From an uncultured Gammaproteobacteria bacterium (GTDB lineage: Bacteria > Patescibacteriota > Patescibacteriia > UBA9934), in NCBI GenBank assembly GCA_964599455.1, contig CAZREA010000002.1:51810-115809 (forward strand): a stretch of 64,000 nucleotides of DNA, given 5' to 3'. A program made the position numbers and the translations under genes. Shown here one piece after another: positions 46,290 to 57,177 of the stretch (position 1 is the stretch's first letter; the number at the start of each line of letters is the position of its first letter). The notes under the pieces are model-generated. The model did no database searches and was not told the DNA's origin. It saw only the letters and a program-made list of their open reading frames with translations.

Positions 46290-46979
46290 CTAGAACGCGT
46301 CACCGGTTTCGATGCTATCCCAGGTTTTTCCATCAACGGGTGCGGTCTTTTTGCCGCTAAATAACGGGTGTAGGGCAGCAGTTCCATGCCGACTGACCGC
46401 GATGAGATGCTTTTTACTACCATAAACCGCGGCAAAAGAGCCTGATTGCGGGAGATCTTTTTCCGCTAACCAAATGACAGTGTTTTCATAGGTTGCATCC
46501 ATATATTTTTGCAGTTCTCCAGAAAGCTTGTCGATGATGGGATAGGATTCAGCTTTACTGTTGCTTTGCCAATTCCAATGTCCGCCATCCCAAGCAACAT
46601 AGCCTGTTTTTTTGGCATCAGCCGTGGCTACAATTTTACTGCCTTGATATTTCGCATAGGCAAGATCATTAAACAAGCCGTATTTGTTCATCGTCGATTT
46701 TATGCGATTAATGTAGTCCCAATCTGCGGCGCAATCAACCGCCGTGCCACGTCGATGATTGGAATAGAGTGTTTTCGACGAACCTTTCGCAACAAGTTCT
46801 TTTTGCAACGTCAACGATCGCCAACTACCCGCTTTCTCCGTCGACAGCACAAAGCCAAAAAGTCCTTCGTACGAAATATTTTGAGCAACAAGATCTTCAT
46901 GTGCCTTAATGAGTGCTTCAAGCACAGCTGGCAAGGCAATAATTTTACGTTCGTTGAGAACGATATATTGAAGAGACAT
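46290..46979 (-). CDS. M15-family (LAS) peptidoglycan peptidase
   Basis: WRS..Q..LVAKG.SKT..SNHRRGTAVD...WDGGHW. Confidence 0.75.
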   Translation of the reverse strand: MSLQYIVLNERKIIALPAVLEALIKAHEDLVAQNISYEGLFGFVLSTEKAGSWRSLTLQKELVAKGSSKTLYSNHRRGTAVDCAADWDYINRIKSTMNKYGLFNDLAYAKYQGSKIVATADAKKTGYVAWDGGHWNWQSNSKAESYPIIDKLSGELQKYMDATYENTVIWLAEKDLPQSGSFAAVYGSKKHLIAVSRHGTAALHPLFSGKKTAPVDGKTWDSIETGDAF

Positions 46980-46985
46980 ATATCT

Positions 46986-47798
46986 TTACCGAGACTTTTT
47001 TGCGAAAGAAAAAAGCACACTTCCTATATACAATCCCAACGCAACTAACACAATGGTCGCTCCTGCCGCCAAATCAGCCACAAACGATAACCACAGCCCC
47101 ACCATAATCGCAATCACCGCATTGATAACTGCAATACCTAATGTCGCTACAAATCCTTTTCCCCAGCGCTCGGCAGCTAATACGGGAATAACCATGAGCG
47201 CACTTACCAAAAGTGCACCAACGACACGCATGCCCACAGCTACAACAACCGCAGCGAGAGCCGCAAAAAGCATCTCGTAGATAACCACCGGAATACCCTG
47301 CGCTTTTGCCAAACGATCATCAAAAGTAATAAGAAAGAATTCTTTATAAAAGAGAAAAATGATCAGGAGTGCAACAAAACCAATGCCATACATCACCGCG
47401 ACATCCATCCACGTTACTGCAGTGATACTGCCAAAAAGATACGAGAGAAGCTGCGTATTAAATTTCTTCACGAGCCCCATAACCACCACCGCAATCGCCA
47501 AACTTCCCGATAACACCAATGCCAGGGCTGCATCACCGGACAATTGACCCTTGCTGCGCAAACGCTCCATCACAAGCGCCGCCATCACGGCACTCATCAT
47601 CGCTGCCCACAACGACGACATGCCAAAGACAAATCCCAAGGCTACTCCGGCCAATGAGGCGTGCGCCAAGGTGTCGGCGAAAAACGATTGCCGTCGCGCC
47701 ACAAAAAAAGTGCCGACCGTGGGCGCCAACAAACCCACCGCCAGCCCTGCCAACAACGCACGCTGCAAAAAGGCAAAAGTAAATAAAGCTTCAACCAT
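46986..47798 (-). CDS. znuB: Zn/Mn ABC transporter permease
   Basis: DTLAHASLAG, YLFGSI, VGALLVSALMVIP. Confidence 0.92.
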   Translation of the reverse strand: MVEALFTFAFLQRALLAGLAVGLLAPTVGTFFVARRQSFFADTLAHASLAGVALGFVFGMSSLWAAMMSAVMAALVMERLRSKGQLSGDAALALVLSGSLAIAVVVMGLVKKFNTQLLSYLFGSITAVTWMDVAVMYGIGFVALLIIFLFYKEFFLITFDDRLAKAQGIPVVIYEMLFAALAAVVVAVGMRVVGALLVSALMVIPVLAAERWGKGFVATLGIAVINAVIAIMVGLWLSFVADLAAGATIVLVALGLYIGSVLFSFAKKSR

Positions 47799-47802
47799 AG
47801 AA

Positions 47803-48978
47803 TTAATGACGATGAAGAACGCGCACGGAGCTATCAAGCCAACGCTTTTCACAAGCCCAAGCGGCCAGGAGGGTGGATAACGGTACCGCCAGAATCAAGG
47901 CTGTGCCACCAACAAGTGCCCGCAATATTTCTTCTACAATCGTCTCGGTATTTAACAGCACCCACAAGGGTGGATTATCGGGCATCGAAAACAACAAAAA
48001 GAGCGGAAATGATGCCCCAACATAAGCCAATGCAAGCGTGTTAATGAGTGCAGCGATGTGCTCACGCCCAACAGAAAGTCCGCGTTTATACAATTCATAA
48101 AAATCAAGATTGGGGTTGGCATGATGAATTTCTTCAACGGCCGCCACTTGAGCAGTAGTCACATCATCAAGCACACCGAGTACACCAATAACAATTCCTC
48201 CTAACAACAGTCCACGCAAATCAAGTCCTGACAAATATCCTAATTGCAAATACACCGCCTCTTCGGTACTTGCACCTGTTAACATCGCAAAGGTTACTGA
48301 GAGATACGCTAAACCAAAAGCAACCGTCAGTGTCAACAATGTTGCCACCAAAGCGACATAACTGCGACGATGGAAGCCGTGAGAAAGCACAATTGAAACG
48401 ACAGCAATAACCACCGACCCAATAGCGCTTACCAAAAAGGGATTATCTCCGGCCACGATACGCGGCACCACATATGCAAGCAATACGACAAAAGAGATTC
48501 CCAAGCCAAATAACGACATGAACCCACGTTTTCGCCCTAATGCGATGGCAAGAGCAAAAAAGAATAGTGCAAAAACCGCAACAATTGGAAGGCGAAATTG
48601 ATCAATAACCACATACAGAGCTCCAGTGTTATTGGGAGATTTCATCATCAAAACTGGATCTCCTTCGCGCAAAAGCGTATGCGCCGATCCTGCCTTGGTA
48701 GTTGTATATTCGATTGTCTGTACAGAACCTTTCTCGTTTCCGGAAACGATTTCGACGAGCACAACTTGTGTAATATCACCAAAACCGGCGATCTCAGTTT
48801 CCTTTTGTTCAATAATGCTCAGCACGTTACCAAGCATATATGAGGGAAAGGTATCGTGAAGAACGGCTTGAGTTGAGGAAGGAATACCCGTGTCTTCCTG
48901 TGCAAGAAGCGAAAAAGGGGGAAATATCAAAAAGATACTGCAGATGACGCCGACAATGAGTAAAAAAATGTTTTTCAT
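47803..48978 (-). CDS. YibE/F family membrane protein
   Basis: LGVLDDVTTAQ, VGREHIAALINTLALAYVG. Confidence 0.9.
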   Translation of the reverse strand: MKNIFLLIVGVICSIFLIFPPFSLLAQEDTGIPSSTQAVLHDTFPSYMLGNVLSIIEQKETEIAGFGDITQVVLVEIVSGNEKGSVQTIEYTTTKAGSAHTLLREGDPVLMMKSPNNTGALYVVIDQFRLPIVAVFALFFFALAIALGRKRGFMSLFGLGISFVVLLAYVVPRIVAGDNPFLVSAIGSVVIAVVSIVLSHGFHRRSYVALVATLLTLTVAFGLAYLSVTFAMLTGASTEEAVYLQLGYLSGLDLRGLLLGGIVIGVLGVLDDVTTAQVAAVEEIHHANPNLDFYELYKRGLSVGREHIAALINTLALAYVGASFPLFLLFSMPDNPPLWVLLNTETIVEEILRALVGGTALILAVPLSTLLAAWACEKRWLDSSVRVLHRH

Positions 48979-49076
48979 ATATTTCTATGCACGGAAGATT
49001 GATCATTCTTCATCAGGGCAAAACGACCCTTTTTCTATACTAAACGTCCATCATCCACCATATCCCATCCCTATCC

Positions 49077-49781
49077 TTAGTGATACCACCCATGATCCCT
49101 TCCCTGTTCATGCGGCACCAAATGACGATTAAGACAAAAAATACGAGACGCTTCACGTTCAACAGCTGAGATATCGTGCGACACCATAATAATAGTCATA
49201 TGAGAAGACCGATGCAGTTGTCGCAAGACATCATAAAGTGTTTTTTGTTGTATTTCGTCCACTGCGGCCATGGGCTCATCGAGCACTAACACGCGTGGCT
49301 CGCCCGCAAGCGCACGGGCCAAAAAAGCGCGTTGACGCTCACCACCGGAAACATTCCCAATACGACGCTGCGCCAGATGTTCAATACCACACACGCGCAA
49401 GGCTTTTTGCACACGCGCTTTATCGTGCGTGGTTAAGCGGCGCAAAGGACCGCGCAGTGCGGTTCGACCACTCATGACGATTTCAGCAACCGTGGCCGGA
49501 AAAGCATGATGAAACGAAGCAGCATGTTGCGGTACAAAACCAACTTGCGCTCGCGACGCTGCAATCGCAGATTTACCAAACCAGGTGACGCTTCCCTCTT
49601 GAACTGGCAATAAACCCAGTAATAACTCTAGCAATGTAGTTTTTCCCCCACCATTTGGACCGATTATACCAACATATTCTCCTTCACGAATTTCAAAATC
49701 GATATGATCTAAAACAAGCGTTTCTCCACGGGAGAAACGGAGATCTTGAACTTTTACAATGGGACGACGTAATGAAGGCAT
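49077..49781 (-). CDS. znuC: Zn/Mn ABC transporter ATPase
   Basis: GPNGGGKT, VSGGERQR, LDEP, VSHD, His-rich tail. Confidence 0.92.
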   Translation of the reverse strand: MPSLRRPIVKVQDLRFSRGETLVLDHIDFEIREGEYVGIIGPNGGGKTTLLELLLGLLPVQEGSVTWFGKSAIAASRAQVGFVPQHAASFHHAFPATVAEIVMSGRTALRGPLRRLTTHDKARVQKALRVCGIEHLAQRRIGNVSGGERQRAFLARALAGEPRVLVLDEPMAAVDEIQQKTLYDVLRQLHRSSHMTIIMVSHDISAVEREASRIFCLNRHLVPHEQGRDHGWYH

Positions 49782-49785
49782 GATT

Positions 49786-50742
49786 TTATTGGCAATTCAG
49801 TGCTGATTGTAACGCGTGAAGATTTTCCTGCATCAGTGAGAGATAGGCTTTCCCTTGGCTTCGTTGTTCATCGGTAAGGGTTTCGATAGGATGAAGAACG
49901 GCCGTCGTTCCATCAATCTCTTCGGCAATAGTTTGGGCTAATGCAGGATTTGTTGCTTCTTCAAAAAAGATGGTGTGCACACCTAAAGCGCGAGCTTGGG
50001 TAACAATATCTGCAATATCCTGAGCAGACGGCTCTTCATCATGATGCACGCCAATTACTCCATGCATAGTGACATCATACCGCATTTGCCAATACTGAAA
50101 GGCATCGTGCGCGACCACGACGTCATGTAATTTGCAGGTGCTGAGTTCTCTCTGGAAATCAGTATCAAGTTGCTGGAGCCGTTCTTGATACCGTGTCGCA
50201 TTCTGTGCAAAAAGCTGGGCATGTACAGGGTCTGCTACGCTGAGTTCTTGAGCGATGAGCGCGACTATCTGTTTCGCAAGATCAGGTGACAACCAAAAAT
50301 GAGGATCGGGAAAATTCTCCTGATATTCATATATCCACTCATCCTCATGTCCATCTTTTTCTGCTTGTAACAATAAACCAGTCATGCGTTCAGCGATAAC
50401 AAATCCACGTTGCACGGAAGATAAATTGTGTTCAATCATTTCTTCCATCCACGGATCAATGCCTGCACCATGTGCAAACAGCAGATCAGCGTTACTGAGC
50501 TTTGCCAAATCCTGCACCGAAGGCTCGTAATCATGAGGTTCAGCACCATCAGGAACGACTTGGATGACCAACACCGCTTCGCCGCCAACTATTTCAATAA
50601 AATGCGCCAATGGATAAAAAGAGGTCGCAACCGTCAAGCGATTGTCTGATGAAACGCTTTGCGTCTGTGGCCGGGTCATGAAAAAGATACCGACTACGAC
50701 AATACCCAAAAGAACACATCCAATCCTTACGAGGTTTTTCAT
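49786..50742 (-). CDS. znuA: Zn/Mn ABC transporter substrate-binding protein
   Basis: EPHDYEP, DPHFWLSP, HDAF; start at ATG 50742. Confidence 0.92.
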   Translation of the reverse strand: MKNLVRIGCVLLGIVVVGIFFMTRPQTQSVSSDNRLTVATSFYPLAHFIEIVGGEAVLVIQVVPDGAEPHDYEPSVQDLAKLSNADLLFAHGAGIDPWMEEMIEHNLSSVQRGFVIAERMTGLLLQAEKDGHEDEWIYEYQENFPDPHFWLSPDLAKQIVALIAQELSVADPVHAQLFAQNATRYQERLQQLDTDFQRELSTCKLHDVVVAHDAFQYWQMRYDVTMHGVIGVHHDEEPSAQDIADIVTQARALGVHTIFFEEATNPALAQTIAEEIDGTTAVLHPIETLTDEQRSQGKAYLSLMQENLHALQSALNCQ

Positions 50743-50756
50743 AATAAGAAAACGTA

Positions 50757-51449
50757 TCACGTGGCACTGCCGTAAGCAAGGGTGAGAACTTCGATTCGCT
50801 TTGCACCTGCTGCTTGTAATGCCAAAGCTGCTGCGGTGGCCGTTGAGCCGGTTGTCCACACATCATCCACAAGCAGAATCGTTTTTTCTCGAACCATATC
50901 AGGCTTTACACAAAGAAAAGGTTGTTCGGTGATAATCGCGACTCGTTCCTGTTTGTCCTTTTGCGCCTGCGCCTTGCCCGGAGTCCGTGTCAGGACATCA
51001 CAAACAGGTTTTTGCAGAAAATCCCCTACCCCATCCGCTATGGTTCTCGCTTGATTAAAACCTCGCTCGGCCTGTTTTTGTGGAGCTAACGGAACAGGAC
51101 AGATGCAATCACTATCGCCAAATAGTGACCCAACCTGTTCTCTTTCTAAATGTTCTTTCGTTAAAAACCATAACAGTTCAATACCCTGTTTATCTCCACT
51201 ATATTTATAAGCTTGCAACAATTGACGTACGGTTGGTGATCCATACGGAAAAAATGCCTGTACTCGGGCAATTGGCTCGGGAATCTCGGTTGGATGCCAG
51301 ATATTTTTCGGTCTTTCAAAGACATCAGTACATGATCGACAGAGCAAATCTCCTTCCGTCCCACAGGTAACACACTGCCGCGGGAAACAGGCATCAAGAA
51401 GCAAGGTCCACCAACGACCTATTCCCAACGATATTGCGCGACCTTCCAT
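50757..51449 (-). CDS. comF: ComF family competence protein
   Basis: Double zinc ribbon CxxC/CxxC, RGFNQ, LVDDVWTTGST. Confidence 0.92.
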   Translation of the reverse strand: MEGRAISLGIGRWWTLLLDACFPRQCVTCGTEGDLLCRSCTDVFERPKNIWHPTEIPEPIARVQAFFPYGSPTVRQLLQAYKYSGDKQGIELLWFLTKEHLEREQVGSLFGDSDCICPVPLAPQKQAERGFNQARTIADGVGDFLQKPVCDVLTRTPGKAQAQKDKQERVAIITEQPFLCVKPDMVREKTILLVDDVWTTGSTATAAALALQAAGAKRIEVLTLAYGSAT

Positions 51450-52003
51450 GTGGTATCGGCTTTGACAAGCACAAGAACAATTTCTTGATAACGAACTTCG
51501 GCATTCCCCGGATTGCCTCGCGCTTCATTGCGTTGCGTTTGGATACGCAGAGTCATTTCTGTATCGGTTTGGGAAACGGTTTTGGTACTCATAACCGTCG
51601 TTGAGATGCCATAATATCCGCCTTCAAGACTCTCTTCACTCTTACGGGAATCTTCGGCATTGCGTTCAAGCTCGGCACCAAGCTGATCGGTCACCAAACT
51701 CAAGACATCATGAATATTTTCGTAATTACTTTCTGATGAATAGCTGCCGAGACGCTCGACAAACGTGCGCGCCACAGTGGCCGGAGCCGTGACCTTGGGT
51801 GTGCTGGAAACGGTTGCGGGCGTGGTGGTATCGGTGGAAGTTGTCGGTTGGTCTTCGTTTGTTGGCAGAGTCTGTGTATTATCTGTTTCTGTGGTCTCAA
51901 CCTTAGCTTGTGGAGAGAATAAGAAAAGCCATAGCAATAAACCGATAAGGCCAAGTAGCAAAATAAGTGCCAAAACAATTTCGATAATGCGTTTGCGTTC
52001 CAT
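51419..52003 (-). CDS. Bitopic membrane protein, possible VirB8/NTF2-like T4SS component
   Basis: TM, Thr-rich linker, ARTFVER..SYS...WKV; operonic with virB4. Confidence 0.6.
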   Translation of the reverse strand: MERKRIIEIVLALILLLGLIGLLLWLFLFSPQAKVETTETDNTQTLPTNEDQPTTSTDTTTPATVSSTPKVTAPATVARTFVERLGSYSSESNYENIHDVLSLVTDQLGAELERNAEDSRKSEESLEGGYYGISTTVMSTKTVSQTDTEMTLRIQTQRNEARGNPGNAEVRYQEIVLVLVKADTTWKVAQYRWE

Positions 52004-52006
52004 AGA

Positions 52007-53938
52007 TTATACGTTGGATGGCGAAGATTCGCTTTGTTGCGATTGACGGAATTCTTCACGGGCACGTTCTTGTTGCAGAAGTTGCTCAGGATTTGTGGTG
52101 ATGAGTTGATCTTCCGTATACGAGGCTACCACCTTAATCGCTGCATGCTTTTGGCCGGCAAAGAAAATGCCCTCTCCAACGGCCGCTTCAAGCAACAAAT
52201 ACTTTTCATTTTGCGTAAGATTGAACGTACGCGCTACTAAATCAACGGCGGCCGGGGCTTGTTTGAGAAGAATCTGCAGCGATGAGTTTGTCACGATCGC
52301 TTGACCGTATTGTGAAGTAAGAAAATCGTTAACGTCTTGGGTAATGGTGGTGACGCCAAGATAGTATTTACGCGCGCGTTTGGCGAGCGCAAAAATAAAC
52401 TTGGCCGAATCTTCATTTTGCATGAGCCACCATGCTTCATCAATCACGAGAATACGCTTCTTTCGTTCAGAACGCACCACATTCCAAATGTAATTCACGA
52501 TAGTGTAGATGGCCATCGGTCGCAATTCATCTTCCAAATCACGCACAGAAAAAACCACCAGTTGATTGCGCATCTGTACGGTTGTAGGAGAATTCAGCAA
52601 GCCTGAAAATGTTCCGGTAGCATACTTTTCAATACGCGCCACCAAATTTTCTCCACCTTGCATACCCTGTAAAATATCCATGAGATCTCCCAAAACCGGA
52701 TAGTTCTCTACATTTACAAGCGATGGTAAATCGGGCGTAATATCTTTTTTGGCATATGCCTCCAACAAGGCACGATCGAGCATACTATCTTCCTCTGGTG
52801 TAAATCCCAACACCCCTCGCTCCCCCATCGGTTTACCAATCATGATACGCAAAAGACCCTTAAGCGTAATAACGGCACTGCGCAAAATATCATCAACAGA
52901 TGTTTCTTCACCTTTAGGACGAGGAAGATCAAAGGGATTCACTTTGGCTTCTGAAGCCAAGGAAACATTAATAAACGTACCCCCAACCGCATCGGACAAT
53001 TGGCGATATTCCATTTCCGGATCAATGACAATAACATCGGTTCCCATCATGAGTGAACGTAAGATTTCGAGTTTTACCGTATAGCTTTTACCGGCACCGG
53101 AACTGGCAAAGACGACGGTGTTCGCATTTTGTAACGAAAAACGATCAAATAAAATGAGCGAGTTATTGTGACGATTGATGCCGTATAAAATACCATTGTC
53201 ACTGGTAACATCAGACGAGGTGAACGGAAATGACGACGCAATCGGCGACGTGTTCATGTTAAAACTAATCATGAGTTCGTCGTTGCACAGCGGCAGCGTG
53301 GAATTAAAACCTTGTTCGGATTGATAAAACCCGCGCTTACTGTACATGAGCTTGGTGCCGAAAATCGATTCGATCTCTTCAGTTCGTTTATCCAGTTCTT
53401 CTTTACTTTTGGCGTACACGGTCACGTAAAACGCAAATTGGAAAAAATGTTCGATGCCTTGGGTTAAATCATCACGAAGCTGTTCGACATCGCGCAAGGC
53501 CGTTTCTTGAATAGGATCACGAGGCTTTCCCGTGTCGTGATCGGAGACGATTTGCGACTCGATGATACCGACTTTATCGCGCAGCTGCTTGAGAATAACT
53601 TCGGGTGGAATGGGATAAAAATACATCCCCATATCAATCGTTCCTTTGTAATTGATAATGGGTCCTCCCCATCCAATTCCCACATAACGAGGGTAAGCGG
53701 TCACAAAAAGCGTACGTACGTACCGATCGCCTAGGATAAGAAAATTTGGCTGCACGTCAAACGATGATGGTGCAATCAAATCACGAATAGAAACGGTACC
53801 GCGTCGATAAGTGCGCTCTTCTTCGAGCGTGGTTTTTTCTTCAACGCTGCGCAGCTCTTTATCGGATAATACGCGCTGCGTGCCGGCTTTGGCTGCAGCT
53901 GCCTGCTGCCGTTTGAGATCTTCAATGTTAAACGACAT
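52007..53938 (-). CDS. virB4: VirB4-like type IV secretion ATPase
   Basis: ASSGAGKS Walker A, VIDPEMEY, NPFD, IDEAW, RARKY, TQD. Confidence 0.92.
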   Translation of the reverse strand: MSFNIEDLKRQQAAAAKAGTQRVLSDKELRSVEEKTTLEEERTYRRGTVSIRDLIAPSSFDVQPNFLILGDRYVRTLFVTAYPRYVGIGWGGPIINYKGTIDMGMYFYPIPPEVILKQLRDKVGIIESQIVSDHDTGKPRDPIQETALRDVEQLRDDLTQGIEHFFQFAFYVTVYAKSKEELDKRTEEIESIFGTKLMYSKRGFYQSEQGFNSTLPLCNDELMISFNMNTSPIASSFPFTSSDVTSDNGILYGINRHNNSLILFDRFSLQNANTVVFASSGAGKSYTVKLEILRSLMMGTDVIVIDPEMEYRQLSDAVGGTFINVSLASEAKVNPFDLPRPKGEETSVDDILRSAVITLKGLLRIMIGKPMGERGVLGFTPEEDSMLDRALLEAYAKKDITPDLPSLVNVENYPVLGDLMDILQGMQGGENLVARIEKYATGTFSGLLNSPTTVQMRNQLVVFSVRDLEDELRPMAIYTIVNYIWNVVRSERKKRILVIDEAWWLMQNEDSAKFIFALAKRARKYYLGVTTITQDVNDFLTSQYGQAIVTNSSLQILLKQAPAAVDLVARTFNLTQNEKYLLLEAAVGEGIFFAGQKHAAIKVVASYTEDQLITTNPEQLLQQERAREEFRQSQQSESSPSNV

Positions 53939-53941
53939 AGG

Positions 53942-54643
53942 TTAAGACAGTTTGGTTTCAAGTTGCAGCTTCGCAATCTCTTCGAGTGGTTGCGTATCGG
54001 CAACTTCAGGATTATAGGTGTTGTAATACAACTCAATAAGGCCCTGCGTATCAAGGAGCGCCACCGCAAGTCCCATACTTTCCAAGCCACCTCCAATCAT
54101 CTCTGCTCTACGCATGAGTCGTTCGTGGCGTTCGGCAAATTGCTTGGCATTGAGCTTTACTACTGAAGCCGGTGAGATGGCTGTTTGGACCTTAGCGAAA
54201 AAACCTTTGCCTTTTTCGCCCGATTCCGAAGGATCGTAGGGAATAATCACAAAAAAACGCTTTTGCATGATTTCTCCCAAATCGACCAGTTCTTTAATAA
54301 ACGAAACGTAATCGCGAATTTGTGTTTTTAACAGCTCGTTGGCAATGGTTTCTTCTTGTGATTTTAACTTTGCAAGATAGCCATCAATATTCATTTTGCG
54401 CGATTGAATGCAAATCTGAATTGGATGTTCGAGCGTATTTAAAAACTGCATGTAGCCTTGAATAACCGCTTGTTGTTCGTCGTCACTTTTGAGGGCAAAA
54501 TTGATACTGGAAACCATGAGCACACTGCGCATGGTGCCGTCTTTCATGACCACGGCATTTTCACGAATTTCGGCAATATCCAAAAAACGTTGCGTGGGAG
54601 GAGCGAATTTTGGCTTGGTCATGGTAGTGCTCGTTTTTGCCAT
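53942..54643 (-). CDS. TraC/VirB4 N-terminal-like T4SS protein
   Basis: TQRFLDIAEIRE..VVMKDG..SINFALKS..EQ; between prgI and virB4. Confidence 0.75.
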   Translation of the reverse strand: MAKTSTTMTKPKFAPPTQRFLDIAEIRENAVVMKDGTMRSVLMVSSINFALKSDDEQQAVIQGYMQFLNTLEHPIQICIQSRKMNIDGYLAKLKSQEETIANELLKTQIRDYVSFIKELVDLGEIMQKRFFVIIPYDPSESGEKGKGFFAKVQTAISPASVVKLNAKQFAERHERLMRRAEMIGGGLESMGLAVALLDTQGLIELYYNTYNPEVADTQPLEEIAKLQLETKLS

Positions 54644-54652
54644 ACAAAAATA

Positions 54653-55099
54653 TTATCTTCCCTCTTCTTCATCACTGCGATAAACGCCACCCGTATTCAC
54701 AACGAGCGTTAACTCAGACAAACGCGACGTTTCCAATGGACTTTTGACCGGACGTTTTTCCACAGCGGCGGCAATATCCTTTTTTAAATAGACGCGTAAA
54801 TCAGCATCAGACAGCGTTTTATCCCAAATACGACGAGCAGGTTTTTTGATCGTCTGAAAAACATTTAACACAATAAAATGCAACGGTTGCCCATTCACTT
54901 TACCAAAGGCAAAAGCTGCACCAAGCCCAGCAACGGGCAATCCAACGGCAAGCATGGCCACGACATTTAAAAAGATGCGATAAATAATAAATTCAGTCAC
55001 GATCACGCCGACCATGATAATAAATTGTCGCAAGGTAATCGGACCAAGAATTTTTGGCTCGACATCAAGAAATTGTGGCACGACAAATTGCTGAGGCAT
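54653..55099 (-). CDS. PrgI family (VirB3-like) protein
   Basis: QFVVPQFLDVEPKILGPITLRQF, two TMs; start at ATG 55099. Confidence 0.85.
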   Translation of the reverse strand: MPQQFVVPQFLDVEPKILGPITLRQFIIMVGVIVTEFIIYRIFLNVVAMLAVGLPVAGLGAAFAFGKVNGQPLHFIVLNVFQTIKKPARRIWDKTLSDADLRVYLKKDIAAAVEKRPVKSPLETSRLSELTLVVNTGGVYRSDEEEGR

Positions 55100-55221
55100 G
55101 AGGGAAGTATAGCAGAAGGGAGAGAGGGGATTGAGGGAAAAGGATAAGGAATGTTTTTGAGGAGGTTTTAAGGAGGAATCAGGTGATAAAACATCACAAA
55201 TCATCCACATCTTCTCTCCCC

Positions 55222-57171
55222 TCAAAACCGCAGTCGCTCGTTTAACCCCGACAACGCCTTTACTTCGGCGGGGCCCAGGCTTTCGTCGCCCTTGGCGCGC
55301 AAACGCGCAGCAATCTCGGCGATAGCAACTGCATTTTGTAACGATTCGGTCATCATGCGCACGTATACTGTTTGCAGCGGGCTTTTGCGCCAAGCTAAAA
55401 TACCACGAACCCGTTCTTGATAATCACTTTTTTCCAGCGTTTCCAACAATGATTCAATTTTTCGCACCGCTTCTTCGGGTTGTGGCGATAAACGACGAAA
55501 ATCTGCCAGATTCATGGAGGCAAGTTGCTCAATAGGCCCCATGAGCTTGTTGCCCGGAACGACATCAGCAACTTTCTTTTGCTGCGCAGGCTCTGTCACC
55601 GGTGGCACACTGCCTTTGGTTAGCATTACTTTTGCGGGTGCGGGTTTTACCTCTTGTGCACGCGCCGTTGCCGCCGTTGCCTGTGCCGCTCGTTCAGCAT
55701 GGGCGTCGCGTGCACCCGAAACTTGCGCGCCAGGAAGAATGGGCGCGATGGAATCCGTAGGCAGCGAACCGGTAAGCGCGGCAAATTTCTTATCAAGCAT
55801 TTCCGCTTCTTGCAGTTCGATGCGATCAGCATCACGCTCGGCTATTTCTTCATCTTTCCCATCAACCGCAGAAACGGCTTCACCCGCCAAGCGATACATT
55901 TCTAATCCCGCCTTTATAGCCTCTAGAAGAAGAGGCAAGTGTGCGCCTTTCACTCGATAATCTCTCTCTAAAATATCGTGTGTTTGATACAGATCACGAA
56001 TACCTCGCAACGTTTTTCCTGCGATATCAGCAAAAGCTGCACGCGGTAATTGTACTTCATCAAGTGTGGCCCCGGCTTTTTCTAAAATATTATCGATCGC
56101 CTTGGCGAAAGCACCTTGCAACGCTTCGGCATGAGTTTTGTAGAGCTTCTTTGCAAGCTTCACATCAGCGATATCGGGCTGCGCGATTGCGTCATCCTGA
56201 CTCTTCTTTGTAGCGGGGCGAGTGCGCGAGGGATCTATCGTGCCCTTCCCAACGCTCTGTTTCTTCGGTTGTTCATGCAAAATCTCACCGCTAATTACGG
56301 GAACCTGGGCTGCAACGGCATGCGTGGGCATGATTTCGAGAGCGTGGTCGGGGGGGGTGATGATGGGCGCTGGTTCGGCCGCATCTGATGCCTTTTCCCC
56401 TGCGGCAAGGGAGACGGGTCGGCTTGCCCTGAGCGACGGCGAAGGGCGACCCGTCTGTACGTCGACAGAAGGCGCATCATGTCCGCTATCCGTTTTACTT
56501 GCCCTCCGAAGCTCGAGTGTCGGTGAGAGCGTAGGAGGGTCCGTTTTTGATCCGTCCTTATCCGTTCCTACTTCCCCCAACTCCACGCCATTAATCTCCT
56601 CCCCCAATATCTTCATTACTGCGTCATTCTGCTCTTTCGATAATCCCAATCCACCAATATTCAACGATCGACCAAAAAAGGTTCGTAAACTGTCATCAGT
56701 TTTTTGACCCGCGAGGCGTTGTTCGAGCAAAAAAGCCAAACGTTTTATGAGCACATCCGAAAATTGCACATTTGCTTTTTGAGCAATACGCTCGGCAAAT
56801 TTCTCAGACGTAATCCGTTCTTTTTCAACACGAAGCGCGGGATACGCTTTCACATCTCCACCCCAGGCAACAATTTGCTTTTCAACACCAGGAAGATATT
56901 TCTCCAAGGGCAGCAATCGATATCCCGCCACATCAGCAGCAATCTGTTTGGCTTTTTCTTCATCAATCGCAAACGCTTCTGCAATCATGGTAGGCATGTC
57001 GGCTAAAGGAAGTTGGTCGTCGAGAATAGCATCAGCGAGATCGAGAAACTCATTCGTCCGATCTTCGGGGAGTTGATATTTTTGAACGAGTTCATCCAAG
57101 ACATCATAAATTTGCCCATCCTGAAGAAAAGCACGAGTCGATGAAATATTCAGCAGTTTTGCTAAAACCAT
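55222..57171 (-). CDS. Hypothetical protein of the T4SS-like locus, with two in-frame repeat insertions
   Basis: 649-aa ORF; central disordered part includes repeats at 56412-56455 and 56488-56544. Confidence 0.75.
   Translation of the reverse strand: MVLAKLLNISSTRAFLQDGQIYDVLDELVQKYQLPEDRTNEFLDLADAILDDQLPLADMPTMIAEAFAIDEEKAKQIAADVAGYRLLPLEKYLPGVEKQIVAWGGDVKAYPALRVEKERITSEKFAERIAQKANVQFSDVLIKRLAFLLEQRLAGQKTDDSLRTFFGRSLNIGGLGLSKEQNDAVMKILGEEINGVELGEVGTDKDGSKTDPPTLSPTLELRRASKTDSGHDAPSVDVQTGRPSPSLRASRPVSLAAGEKASDAAEPAPIITPPDHALEIMPTHAVAAQVPVISGEILHEQPKKQSVGKGTIDPSRTRPATKKSQDDAIAQPDIADVKLAKKLYKTHAEALQGAFAKAIDNILEKAGATLDEVQLPRAAFADIAGKTLRGIRDLYQTHDILERDYRVKGAHLPLLLEAIKAGLEMYRLAGEAVSAVDGKDEEIAERDADRIELQEAEMLDKKFAALTGSLPTDSIAPILPGAQVSGARDAHAERAAQATAATARAQEVKPAPAKVMLTKGSVPPVTEPAQQKKVADVVPGNKLMGPIEQLASMNLADFRRLSPQPEEAVRKIESLLETLEKSDYQERVRGILAWRKSPLQTVYVRMMTESLQNAVAIAEIAARLRAKGDESLGPAEVKALSGLNERLRF
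56488..56544 (-). repeat. 57-bp palindromic element, inverted copy
   Basis: Reverse complement of the pheT copy (4 mismatches). Confidence 0.85.
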
Positions 57172-57177
57172 ACCTCC